The notes: generated by a model not told the origin, from the letters alone. A DNA stretch of 64,000 nt from a bacterium (GCA_043811915.1 JBDRMS010000008.1:109-64108); one strand, 5' to 3'. Positions 39,563 to 48,463 are shown, numbered from the stretch's first letter. Numbers and translations are program-made.

Positions 39563-40692
39563 AGTTTTCTATCCCTCCTTAGAGGCTTTAGTTTCTTACC
39601 CCGCTTCACATACGGCGCCGCTTTTCTTTTTTTCTCCTCCCTCTCCACTCGGCCTCTCTCTTCCCAGTCATGTTCCTCGGCCCAATCCAGCGCTTCCTCC
39701 GATGAAATACCCGTATCTCTCCCCAACTCCTTCTCAACCTCCTCCAGCCACCCAATCGTGGCACCCCGCAATCTTTTCCTGGTTACCCTGGTATGCAGCT
39801 CGTTGCTAAGTTCCTGCCAACGCTGCCTAAGCCTATTTATCTCCGGCTGCCTTCTCGCCCTCACCCGCTCACTCAAAGCACCCGATCCGCCCGCTTCACT
39901 AACTTTCTGTATTTGGCCATAAACGATCCTCATCTCATCTTCTATTTCCTTCACAGTCCTCTCGCCCTCCGCCGGCCGGCTTTCTACTACGGTATCTACT
40001 CTCGTCGGCTCTATCTCTTTTCCTCCCAGCAGTCTCGCCACCTCCAGATATTCACTCCGCTGTTCCTGCGGAATATCGACACTCCTCGCATAACATGAAA
40101 AATTCCCGGCAAACACCCGCGCCGTTTTCTCATCCAGACTCTTATTATCCGCCTTTTCCCGCAACGCCCCCATCTCTGCCGCGTGTATCATCATCTCCGC
40201 TACCCGCATTGTCCTTTTCTCCTCCTCACTCATCTCCTGCCATTTCTTGCCTTGCGTCTCCGGGCGATGTTCCTGTAACAATCGTGCCCCCACTAACTTG
40301 AGAGCCACCAGTTTTTGCTTATCAGCCCACGACTCCTTGACTACCTCCTTGAGCGGCTTGCCCTCCCGCAACGATCTCAAAAGATTATTAACTTCCTTTC
40401 TTGCCTCCACTCCGTCACCACCAAAATATCTTTCCGGAATAAGGGACTTCACCGCTCCGCTCCGCTGCCGGTCGCGCCCCTTCACAAAAAATCTCCCATC
40501 ATCAATATCATCAAGAAAGGGTTTAGGCAACTCCTTTTCTCCTTCAAACACTTTTTCCAAAACCACCGCCCGGTCGGCCTGCGTGTTCCTGTATAGCACA
40601 TCATCAGCCGTCTTCTCAATCACATACTTATACCGCCCCGTATCCGGCTGCCCTTCAACCGCCTCCGGCGTCGCCTTTTCTGCCGTTTCCAT
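39559..40692 (-). CDS. Hypothetical highly charged protein (377 aa)
   Basis: ORF only. First gene of the three-gene operon ending in the coupling ATPase. Confidence 0.4.
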   Translation of the reverse strand: METAEKATPEAVEGQPDTGRYKYVIEKTADDVLYRNTQADRAVVLEKVFEGEKELPKPFLDDIDDGRFFVKGRDRQRSGAVKSLIPERYFGGDGVEARKEVNNLLRSLREGKPLKEVVKESWADKQKLVALKLVGARLLQEHRPETQGKKWQEMSEEEKRTMRVAEMMIHAAEMGALREKADNKSLDEKTARVFAGNFSCYARSVDIPQEQRSEYLEVARLLGGKEIEPTRVDTVVESRPAEGERTVKEIEDEMRIVYGQIQKVSEAGGSGALSERVRARRQPEINRLRQRWQELSNELHTRVTRKRLRGATIGWLEEVEKELGRDTGISSEEALDWAEEHDWEERGRVEREEKKRKAAPYVKRGKKLKPLRRDRKL

Positions 40693-40749
40693 ACTTCAAC
40701 TATATCACAACCCGCCAAGGCACTACGTGTTGTATAATACGCACATCTT

Positions 40750-41727
40750 ATGCCCTCTCGACCTTTCTTCTTTCTTTGTATACTGGCCATATTAATTGGC
40801 ACCGTGTATGTTGCCTCCAGGGACTATCCTTCCGGCACCCCCCCGCAATTACTCCTCCAAAGCCTCGTCGGTAAAGATGTCATCGCTCCTCCTCCTCTGC
40901 GCGGAGACCTGGATCAGGCCGGCAACTCTCTATTAGTACAAGGCATTCTGGCCGAAACAAATCGGCATCGTGCCGCGAGTAACTTACCTTCCTTAAAAGG
41001 CAACTCCGTTCTCAACCAGGCCGCACAAAAAAAACTTAATGACATGTTCGAGTTAGGATACTTCGACCACGTCAATCCTGCCGGCGTCGGCCCCGCTGAC
41101 CTGGTCGAAGAAGCTGGCTATTCTTATCTGCGCGTCGGAGAAAACCTTGCCCTGGGAGGGTTCGCCGGCGACGCCGGTCTGGTGCAAGCCTGGATGGACA
41201 GCCCCGGCCATCGGGAAAATATCATGTCGGCCGGTTTCAGTGAGCTCGGCATCGCCGTCGGGCAAGGCAAATTTGAAGAAAAAGATTCCTGGCTGGCCGT
41301 CCAGACTTTTGCTCTACCCCTGGCCGCCTGTCCCGGCGTCAACGCCGCCCAGCAAGCTACTCTCGAGCAAAAACAGTCCCAACTAGAGAAGCTGCCCGCC
41401 GAGCTCGATAACCTAAAATCCCAATACACTACCCTGACCACAGCGAGCCAGGCCAAAATCAACCAAGGCAATGAGCTCATCGAACAAGGTAACCAGTTAG
41501 CCCAAGAGCAGAAGTCCAATGAAGAGGCCCAAAAACTCTGGGACGAGGGCCACCAGCTGCAAGAAGAGGGACAGGCTCTCATCAACCAAGCCCAGACCAT
41601 CCGCGACACCTACAACGAAAAGGTTAGCCTCCTCAACCAATTAAACAACGAAATTAAAACCCTCATCAGTCAGCTCAATACTCAAATCAAGGCCTACAAC
41701 AACTGTTTAAGCGGCTACAACAAATAA
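40750..41727 (+). CDS. CAP/SCP/PR-1 (YkwD-like) domain protein with an N-terminal TM and a C-terminal coiled coil
   Basis: NRHRAASNLPSL...AWMDSPGHRENIM...GIAVG matches the CAP-domain core. Q/E-rich heptad C-terminus. Confidence 0.7.
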   Translation: MPSRPFFFLCILAILIGTVYVASRDYPSGTPPQLLLQSLVGKDVIAPPPLRGDLDQAGNSLLVQGILAETNRHRAASNLPSLKGNSVLNQAAQKKLNDMFELGYFDHVNPAGVGPADLVEEAGYSYLRVGENLALGGFAGDAGLVQAWMDSPGHRENIMSAGFSELGIAVGQGKFEEKDSWLAVQTFALPLAACPGVNAAQQATLEQKQSQLEKLPAELDNLKSQYTTLTTASQAKINQGNELIEQGNQLAQEQKSNEEAQKLWDEGHQLQEEGQALINQAQTIRDTYNEKVSLLNQLNNEIKTLISQLNTQIKAYNNCLSGYNK

Positions 41728-41750
41728 AGAGCGCAAGACGTATAAAGGCA

Positions 41751-41773
41751 ATTCAAAGGATTATCCTTTGAAT
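41751..41773 (+). terminator. Hairpin ATTCAAAGGA-TTA-TCCTTTGAAT downstream of the CAP-domain gene, with no U tract
   Basis: A 10-bp perfect stem read directly from the sequence. Confidence 0.3.
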
Positions 41774-42132
41774 TGGGACCAAGAAAATAAATTTGACATA
41801 CCGCCGGTTTTAAGGCCGGCAACTTGGTGGGGTTCTACTTTTTATCTAGCCATAAGGAAACATCGATAACAGCTGCTTCTTGTTACTCCGCCGGTCTTCT
41901 TTTACCAGCACCCAGAACTGCTTCCCCTCGGGGGCCGCTCCCAAAAAACGATGGACAAATTGATTCGGCTGCGTGGGATCCATGAATGTAATTGGGTCAT
42001 GTCGCGTGTTGCGCAAAACCTCAAGTGCGCACGGGAAATAGCGTAATCGTCGCGCCCTGTCAGATGGCAATTTCTGCTGCAAATGCTGCCACAGGATAAT
42101 CCTGTATATTTCTGTAAATTGCTGAATTAGAG

Positions 42133-42951
42133 CTATTTATGTTTCGGCGCTTTATATTTCCCTGGAATTATCGCCACCCTGATTATAAATAATGCCGTCA
42201 GCACCATCGCCAGCGCTGCCGCTGCCGCCCTTGACCAATCTCTTCCTTCCCCCGCCAGCCACCTGGCCGCGCTGGCCGCTCCAGCCCCCGGAAATCTATC
42301 CAGCAGGCCGTCAATAATCCCCCCCGGCGGCGGCCCTTCGCTCATCATGCCTAACGCCCTCGGCGTCGGTGATGGTGATAGCGACGGATCCGGACCCGGG
42401 CAGCAATCCGGCTCATCATCTCCGCCCCCCGTTCCCTCCACACAAGTAAACGCCATGTCGAAATCAAATGTCGTTTTCTCCCCCTGCCATTCGTTGCCCG
42501 TATCTTTATCAAACGTCACTGCCCACTCGTAGTCCGTCACCGATCCAGCCGCCAGCGTTCCCAGCGCAATCGGCCCGGCCGTGAACACATTCGACATTGT
42601 CTTGTTATTCGTCGCTCTGCCCAAGCCATCGCTTATCCCGAACCGATCCACCATGCTCCGTATCACCGTCCATAATCTATCCGCTAAACTGAACGTTCCC
42701 ACCACCTCGTTCTCCGTGTCTAATACAAAACCGCACGGCTCATCATGATTATTCGTCACCGTTAAAATTCTCATTACTGTCGCCCCAGGCACCAAGTTAG
42801 TCTCATTAAAAAGCGGCGCCCCCGGCGGCACGGTATCACAGGTAATTCCTCCGCCAACAGATGTCTCACACGTCACGTCCAAATCCGCCGCTATAGCCAG
42901 CCCCGGCACCAATAACAACCCCGCGCCTAATAAATAAAATAACTTATTCAT
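42133..42951 (-). CDS. Secreted protein with a C-terminal TM anchor plus basic tail. Possibly a TasA/TapA-like accessory protein. Start taken at MNKLFYLL
   Basis: Signal peptide MNKLFYLLGAGLLLVPGLAIA. C-terminal ALAMVLTALFIIRVAIIPGKYKAPKHK. Sits in an operon with sipW and the tasA-like gene. Confidence 0.45.
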   Translation of the reverse strand: MNKLFYLLGAGLLLVPGLAIAADLDVTCETSVGGGITCDTVPPGAPLFNETNLVPGATVMRILTVTNNHDEPCGFVLDTENEVVGTFSLADRLWTVIRSMVDRFGISDGLGRATNNKTMSNVFTAGPIALGTLAAGSVTDYEWAVTFDKDTGNEWQGEKTTFDFDMAFTCVEGTGGGDDEPDCCPGPDPSLSPSPTPRALGMMSEGPPPGGIIDGLLDRFPGAGAASAARWLAGEGRDWSRAAAAALAMVLTALFIIRVAIIPGKYKAPKHK

Positions 42952-44866
42952 CGCTTTCGTCCCCTTGCCCCGTGGAGTCATCCGGCGCAGCGGGGTCATC
43001 TCCCTCACCCGCTCCACCCACATCCACAACGTCGCTCTCTTCATCACTCACCAGAATAACTTCGCTATCCTCGTCACCACTGCCATCTCCCGTGTCGCCG
43101 CTGTCTTCATCTTCTTCCGCGTTCTCCTCTTCTTGTTCTTCTTCCACCGCCGGCTCCTCAATATCCACTTCAGTATTCTCTTCGACAACAACATCAACGA
43201 CAGCTCCACTGTTCACTTCATCCCCTCCGCCGCCATCGCCCTCATCCACGTCCCCAACCATTTCAGTTGGTTCAACTGCCGCACCTGCATCCATCAGCTC
43301 TTCACTTCCTTCATCACCAGACGTCGGGCCTGCCCAGCGAAGCTCGTAGAGCGAAGTTGGGTCATTTTCCGACAAGTTCGCCGCCCCCGGCGTCCCGTAG
43401 TTATCACCATCAGCCGTATCCCAGAATGTGCCATCGTTACAGCCAGTATTCAAACACGTGTGCCATGACCCGGCCAGCGTGCCGTCGCCGGGGTCGCTAT
43501 TCCTCTCCATTGAATTATACTGATCCGCCGGATCATCCTTGTTGTTACCCGCCGGCCACGCGTCGCCCTTCGCCTCGTCAACAACATTTCCCTCCGCGTC
43601 CTTTAACACCAGATTGCCATTGCCGGAATTTTTAAAACTCAAACTAGCTCCATGAACGTCAGGCGCCACGTTCAAAGCCGATTTAGCAGCATTATTTTCT
43701 GGCCAATTAGCAATCAGGAAAAACCCGTAAGCCGGAATGATATTATCACTAGCCGACGGGACCATGTAAGTACCATTGCTCTCCTTCGCGTTCTCAATCG
43801 TCCACTGCCCCACGTCAATTTCGTGGTCCGTCGTGTTCTTTAGTTCAATCCACTCATCGCCCGAGCCAACTGTCGACCCCATCCACATCACTTCGTTAAT
43901 AACCACGTCAGGAGAGGCGTCTTCCTCGCCCCACGTCCCCACCGTAATTGAGGCCGGGATTGTTTCCGTATCGGACATAACAGCCACCGTCGCCCCGGAA
44001 GAAAGTGCCAAAACGGAAAAACTAAAAACCAAGAATAGCAAAGCCATCTTCACTTTCTTCGCCCCGGACGCGGCGCTCCCCAACGCCTTCTTCAACTTCT
44101 TCTCGTAACTCTTCTCAATTTCTTTCTTTATCTCCCAAAATTCACTAAGAATAATCAAAACGGCCGGCAAAATCACCAGCAGCATAAAACCACGCACACT
44201 CTTGGCAAAGTTGACGGCGTAACCAAGATAAGGCGCGGAAAAAATTACCTTACCCTCAATATCCTCTTTAGTAAGTTCCCAGTTGTCCGGCGCGTCATTA
44301 GCGTCCCCCTTGGTCACAATCTTCTCTCCTTCCACTCCCACTATGCGGTGGGTAACTAAATCAACTCCGCCCAGTTTTTTACTTATCGTTACCACCTCGC
44401 CCGCTCCGTAGCTTTCCCGCGGCTGCACCACAACAACCGAGCCCGTCCTGATGGCCGGCTCCATAGAACCGGAAAGCACAACCAAAGATTTATAACCGCC
44501 CGGAAAATCAAACCGGGGGGAGAATCCTATGAAAACGACGACCAACAAAAAGACTATCCCTACATACTCCAGACCGTAAAAAGTAATTCTAATGGCCCTG
44601 ATCGGCAAATACTTCTTTACTTTCTCTACTCTATCAAGCGGCCAGCGCTCTTTTACTTTAACAAACAGCCAGCTCTCCTTTATTTTCTTTATTTTAACGA
44701 AAAACACTCGCGCCCCTACTCCGCCGCGCTTCAAAGCATCCGCCCCGCGCGCAAAAACCAGCCAGTACCGCGCCGGCATCCGCCTCTTTATATCCCTCCT
44801 TATACTTTTATAGATTTTCTTAATTTTTTTCACCAAGTTTTCTTTAACAACTTTACTATTCCCCAC
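42944..44866 (-). CDS. SipW-type (archaeal/ER-type) signal peptidase I fused in frame to a SipW-cognate-type signal peptide, a lamin-tail domain and an acidic tail
   Basis: SLVVLSGSMEPAIRTGS catalytic-Ser motif flanked by two TMs. Then MALLFLVFSFSVLALSSGATVAVMSDTETI. Then an LTD-like core (VVINEVMWMGS...DEWIELKN). The tail is D/E-rich. Confidence 0.65.
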   Translation of the reverse strand: MGNSKVVKENLVKKIKKIYKSIRRDIKRRMPARYWLVFARGADALKRGGVGARVFFVKIKKIKESWLFVKVKERWPLDRVEKVKKYLPIRAIRITFYGLEYVGIVFLLVVVFIGFSPRFDFPGGYKSLVVLSGSMEPAIRTGSVVVVQPRESYGAGEVVTISKKLGGVDLVTHRIVGVEGEKIVTKGDANDAPDNWELTKEDIEGKVIFSAPYLGYAVNFAKSVRGFMLLVILPAVLIILSEFWEIKKEIEKSYEKKLKKALGSAASGAKKVKMALLFLVFSFSVLALSSGATVAVMSDTETIPASITVGTWGEEDASPDVVINEVMWMGSTVGSGDEWIELKNTTDHEIDVGQWTIENAKESNGTYMVPSASDNIIPAYGFFLIANWPENNAAKSALNVAPDVHGASLSFKNSGNGNLVLKDAEGNVVDEAKGDAWPAGNNKDDPADQYNSMERNSDPGDGTLAGSWHTCLNTGCNDGTFWDTADGDNYGTPGAANLSENDPTSLYELRWAGPTSGDEGSEELMDAGAAVEPTEMVGDVDEGDGGGGDEVNSGAVVDVVVEENTEVDIEEPAVEEEQEEENAEEDEDSGDTGDGSGDEDSEVILVSDEESDVVDVGGAGEGDDPAAPDDSTGQGDESDE

Positions 44867-44955
44867 CCTCCGGCCAAGGCCTGCGCCAGTTTACGGTCCG
44901 CCAATCAAGCGTACCAAACCGGCGCAGAAACCCTAACCCGTTTAACACGATCTCG

Positions 44956-45999
44956 TTATGGGAGGTCAGTGTCACGATACTCTATCAACCCCGTCTCGAA
45001 GAGGTAGGCACCTTGATCCCAGCGTATAAACTGGGTCCCACTCCAGTGCGAACTCGGAATCAACCAAACTTTGTGGTTTACGAGGTTTTGGTTAATATCC
45101 GGAGTTCCGCTGAACGAGATGGCACCGGTTCCATCAGAATTAGCCGTACCAAGAACAACTGAACCAGTTTGTGGCCACGGGTCCTTAACTGCAAGTAAGG
45201 TGTAATTGGTGTTTGCCTGCTTTACTTTGCCAGTGAAGCTGAAGTCAAACTTCGGATCCATCACTGTGTAGCTGAGCGTACCCTTGTATACATCACCCTC
45301 GTTGATGTCATAAGCGGCGCCTTCCTTGTTCTCAAGAACCACCGAAGCTCCGCGAGTGCCTCCCAGAAGCTGCTCGGCGTCAAGAACGATATCAAAGGTC
45401 ATTTGATCGCCTTGATATTCATTGCCGGCAGTAGCATCCATGTGATAGCTCTGGTGAACCTTCATGGAGTACCCTTCGGGAATCATCCCTAGATACATCT
45501 TCTTGGTACCACCCTTGATAGCCGAGACCTTCACGTCATCGTTGTAAAGACGTTGAATCCAAACCGAAGCTCCCGTTGCATCAAGAAGCTCCACCGAAAG
45601 ATCGTAACCGATAACGGTATCGATGTCATCCTTAGGAACACTTCGAGGGGAGCAGACCGTTCCATTCCAAGTTCCCTGCTCTGCGACACACTCCGGCTCA
45701 GACTGAACATTGTCGGAAGTATTCACGTTCGCCAAAGTCTTCCAGACATCCGCCGGGTTGGTGCCAACGTTATTGATCGTGAAATCAATATAGTCAGTGT
45801 AGCTCGGCTTCATGTCCTCAAGCTTGTACTCATTGGTGGAAGTCCACGGATTCTCACCATCAACCGCGATGTCAATCGTCCCGGCGGTGAAGGTGTTGCC
45901 CGTGCTCGTCTCCGTGTCGGAGAAAACCGCATAGGTCGCCCCCCCCACCAAAGCCAGAACCGCGCCAATCGTCAGGAAACTAATCATAATTTTCTTCAT
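44956..45999 (-). CDS. TasA/camelysin (peptidase M73)-family secreted protein with a SipW-cognate signal peptide
   Basis: LALVGGATYAVFSDTETSTGNTFTAGTIDI matches the SipW-dependent signal consensus (AYFSD.E.S.N.FTAGTLDL). Confidence 0.7.
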   Translation of the reverse strand: MKKIMISFLTIGAVLALVGGATYAVFSDTETSTGNTFTAGTIDIAVDGENPWTSTNEYKLEDMKPSYTDYIDFTINNVGTNPADVWKTLANVNTSDNVQSEPECVAEQGTWNGTVCSPRSVPKDDIDTVIGYDLSVELLDATGASVWIQRLYNDDVKVSAIKGGTKKMYLGMIPEGYSMKVHQSYHMDATAGNEYQGDQMTFDIVLDAEQLLGGTRGASVVLENKEGAAYDINEGDVYKGTLSYTVMDPKFDFSFTGKVKQANTNYTLLAVKDPWPQTGSVVLGTANSDGTGAISFSGTPDINQNLVNHKVWLIPSSHWSGTQFIRWDQGAYLFETGLIEYRDTDLP

Positions 46000-46254
46000 A
46001 TTTTATTCACCCCCTTTCAAGTACATATCCATCAAATCAACCCTCCCTTGATTCTCCAAACAAAAAACGCGGCTGTAAGTTCAGCCACGTCCATCCGCTA
46101 ACCACACCAAAAAAGCTTCCCTCCAAAACCTGCCAACCAAACCACCCTATCTTGGCAAATTTTGACATCATATCTTCTTATCATACCCCCCTGTTTCCCG
46201 CAACCCCCGCCAAAAGACTTATCCACAGGGAACCTCACCCTTTTCCCTTACCCT

Positions 46255-46674
46255 CTACTCATTATTTACATCAAAGAAAGTCTGCACACGATACAACGCC
46301 AAATCTCTTAACTTACCGTCATCATAATTTTTAATATGACCACCCATACACAAAAAGAAGACTTCAGTTCCCCGACGAGCAAAATATATTCTCGGCATTT
46401 GTGACCTCCGCAACCCCTTTGTAGCAACACAATTTACTTTCCAAAGTTCATATTCAACTGAAACATGTACTTTATGAAGATTCTTTGGCGTGATGACTAT
46501 TTGTGGATTGACTGGATTAAACTGAACAGTTAACAACCGCTCCAGTGCAGCTAAGGCCTCACCAAAAGACCTAACCTTCCCCGTAAATCTCTTCACCTCT
46601 TTTTCAAAACCAGTGTGCCGTATGAAGACAACTCTAGTCTGTGAATTCGGTACCCCTATAGAGGGAGAGTTCAT
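46255..46674 (-). CDS. RelE/ParE-superfamily (HigB/Gp49-like) toxin. Start taken at the internal Met
   Basis: The C-terminal RIYFARRGTEVFFLCMGGHIKNYDD resembles the RelE-fold core. It overlaps the upstream antitoxin gene by about 40 nt. Confidence 0.5.
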   Translation of the reverse strand: MNSPSIGVPNSQTRVVFIRHTGFEKEVKRFTGKVRSFGEALAALERLLTVQFNPVNPQIVITPKNLHKVHVSVEYELWKVNCVATKGLRRSQMPRIYFARRGTEVFFLCMGGHIKNYDDGKLRDLALYRVQTFFDVNNE

Positions 46675-47128
46675 ACGGAATCTGCTGATGTCGCTCAGTC
46701 CCAACATAGGGAGCCTCGCTATGCGAAATGTCCTCCAACTGTTTCCCCGTCAGACGACCATATTTTTGTGCGACCCGCCTTATTATTTTTATCTCATTCT
46801 TAGACAGCAACGAAATGTCAGCTCCAGCTTTAACCTTATAAACTACCGTGGGCTCAAAGCCTCTATTCCCAGAGGTTTTTTCTTTCCTTACAGTAATCAG
46901 ATTCTCCTCTTCCATCTCGCTAAGCCGCTCTTGCAAGCTCGCGCCCAAAGGCCCCATATCACGAGCGTAATAAACATCATTTGTTACCGATTTTTCGTAA
47001 AGCTCATAGGAGTCAAAATCCACAAAATACAACAATTTAGCGAGCTTTTTTTTGCCTCGCACCGAACCGCCCAACTCTTTCAAAAGTTGTAATATAACCG
47101 TTTTATACTTTTGAGATTTAGTAGACAT
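46634..47128 (-). CDS. Panacea-domain (DUF4065) antitoxin-like protein
   Basis: KKLAKLLYFVDFDSY...MGPLG matches the DUF4065 core. It lies upstream of and overlaps the toxin. Confidence 0.55.
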   Translation of the reverse strand: MSTKSQKYKTVILQLLKELGGSVRGKKKLAKLLYFVDFDSYELYEKSVTNDVYYARDMGPLGASLQERLSEMEEENLITVRKEKTSGNRGFEPTVVYKVKAGADISLLSKNEIKIIRRVAQKYGRLTGKQLEDISHSEAPYVGTERHQQIPYELSLYRGTEFTD

Positions 47129-47282
47129 CTCTTTTACATCTTAACAACTTATATAGTTATACTCTATAGAACTCTTCTATATCACATAAATTTACCACAG
47201 TCAACGTCCGCACAATTCTCATCCCACATCTCCACAATAGGTTCTGGGTCGGCTGGCTACCGTGTGAAGGTGAATAATCTTA

Positions 47283-47603
47283 TTATTGGTCTTTCTTCAT
47301 TCGATCAAGAGCACGACGCACAATATCAGCAACAGCATCTTTCCGATCAATACCAATGACTGATAGTATAGCCAAAACGGATGCGTTAGTAGTTGGAAGC
47401 AATTCCACCTTTCCGCCTGCATACTCGGCAAGTTGCGTTAGAAACTCATCAAACCATGAAGGGGTGACAGTCAAAACATCATTAAAATCAATCTGAATAG
47501 GTATATCAGGATCAATGGAAGCACGAATGGCACTAAACGCCTCAAGCCCTGCTGGACGCGAGACAAGTACCGTGCCAAATCTTTTGAGTTGAATAGTTTG
47601 CAT
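47283..47603 (-). CDS. DUF4325 (STAS-like) protein
   Basis: A 106 aa protein resembling the anti-sigma-antagonist fold. Immediately downstream of the GHKL ATPase gene. Confidence 0.45.
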   Translation of the reverse strand: MQTIQLKRFGTVLVSRPAGLEAFSAIRASIDPDIPIQIDFNDVLTVTPSWFDEFLTQLAEYAGGKVELLPTTNASVLAILSVIGIDRKDAVADIVRRALDRMKKDQ

Positions 47604-47617
47604 ATCAACAAAAGTTC

Positions 47618-48346
47618 TTAAAAAGTAATGACCGCATAGACTCCACGAACATTCTCTTCAGCCATTGAGATACCCATAGAGCCAGGGCTTTTAGGAATAC
47701 GCACGACACCCAAGCCTGAACGTAATGATAACCCGATCATATTTAATTCCGTTACTCTCCGGACAACCTTAAGCCCATTACCACGCTCCTCGGGACTTCT
47801 TCCTGAAACAATTTCCGTAAACGCAACACGAAGAGCGTCAATATCACTATCTAAACTTGGTCGGACATAGCGAAGTGTTTTCAAAATACCCCTGCCACGA
47901 TCCGCAAGAACGATAATTCGCTTATCCACATTATAGGTAAAGAATATACCTGGCACGTCCGGCCAATTTCCAATATTGTGCGCGAAAGAATTATCACCTA
48001 TCTCTCCCGCTATCTGGATAAGTAACGACACCAGATCTTCTGCGTCATTTCCCAGCTCCTTCAACAAAACAACACTCATTTTCTCAAGTCGACTCAAAAA
48101 ACGATCATGTCGTTCGCAATAGTATTCATCTGCAATCTCCGGCGCCTGTGCACTCGCAGCCCAAACCCAACCCAAAGCTTCAATATCAAGCATAAAACGT
48201 TGAATGTCTCGCAAGTCATAGTAACGCTGTCCTCCCGCACTTCTTTGCGCACGAAGTTTTCCCGACTTCTCCCAATTCCGCAATGTTTGAACAGTAACAC
48301 CAATCATTTCCGCTGCCTTACCTATACGTATTTTTTCCTCCTTCAT
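47618..48346 (-). CDS. MerR-family HTH fused to a GHKL (histidine-kinase-like / RsbW-like) ATPase domain. ATG start at 48346. The longer ORF begins with TTG at 48382
   Basis: IRIGKAAEMIGVTVQTLRNWEKSGKL...RYYDLRDI is a MerR HTH. EIGDNSFAHN is an N-box, ADRGRGI a G1 box and GNGLK a G2 box. Confidence 0.6.
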   Translation of the reverse strand: MKEEKIRIGKAAEMIGVTVQTLRNWEKSGKLRAQRSAGGQRYYDLRDIQRFMLDIEALGWVWAASAQAPEIADEYYCERHDRFLSRLEKMSVVLLKELGNDAEDLVSLLIQIAGEIGDNSFAHNIGNWPDVPGIFFTYNVDKRIIVLADRGRGILKTLRYVRPSLDSDIDALRVAFTEIVSGRSPEERGNGLKVVRRVTELNMIGLSLRSGLGVVRIPKSPGSMGISMAEENVRGVYAVITF

Positions 48347-48366
48347 GCTTAGTAGGTTAACAGATA

Positions 48367-48398
48367 AACCTATAAAAATCAAGTTTATTTTATAGGTT
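48367..48398. promoter_or_regulatory. Perfect palindrome AACCTATAAAA-N10-TTTTATAGGTT, 20-50 nt upstream of the MerR-GHKL gene start. Candidate MerR-type operator
   Basis: 11-10-11 dyad read directly at 48367-48377 and 48388-48398. Confidence 0.4.
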
Positions 48399-48463
48399 CA
48401 TGACAAATACCTATCTACAAAGAATCCCAACATTGTATAACAGCGAAGTGAATAGTTACCCCC

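Noticed and set aside
41846-42082. A 78-aa ORF on the minus strand between the CAP-domain gene and the tapA-like gene
   Set aside because: No motif, and it sits in a region with hairpins and likely promoters. Insufficient support to call a gene.
43000-43330. Repetitive D/E/S/G-rich coding stretch at the 3' end of the sipW-LTD gene, considered as a possible tandem repeat or CRISPR-like array
   Set aside because: It is a low-complexity acidic tail in frame within a protein. No regular repeat-spacer periodicity.
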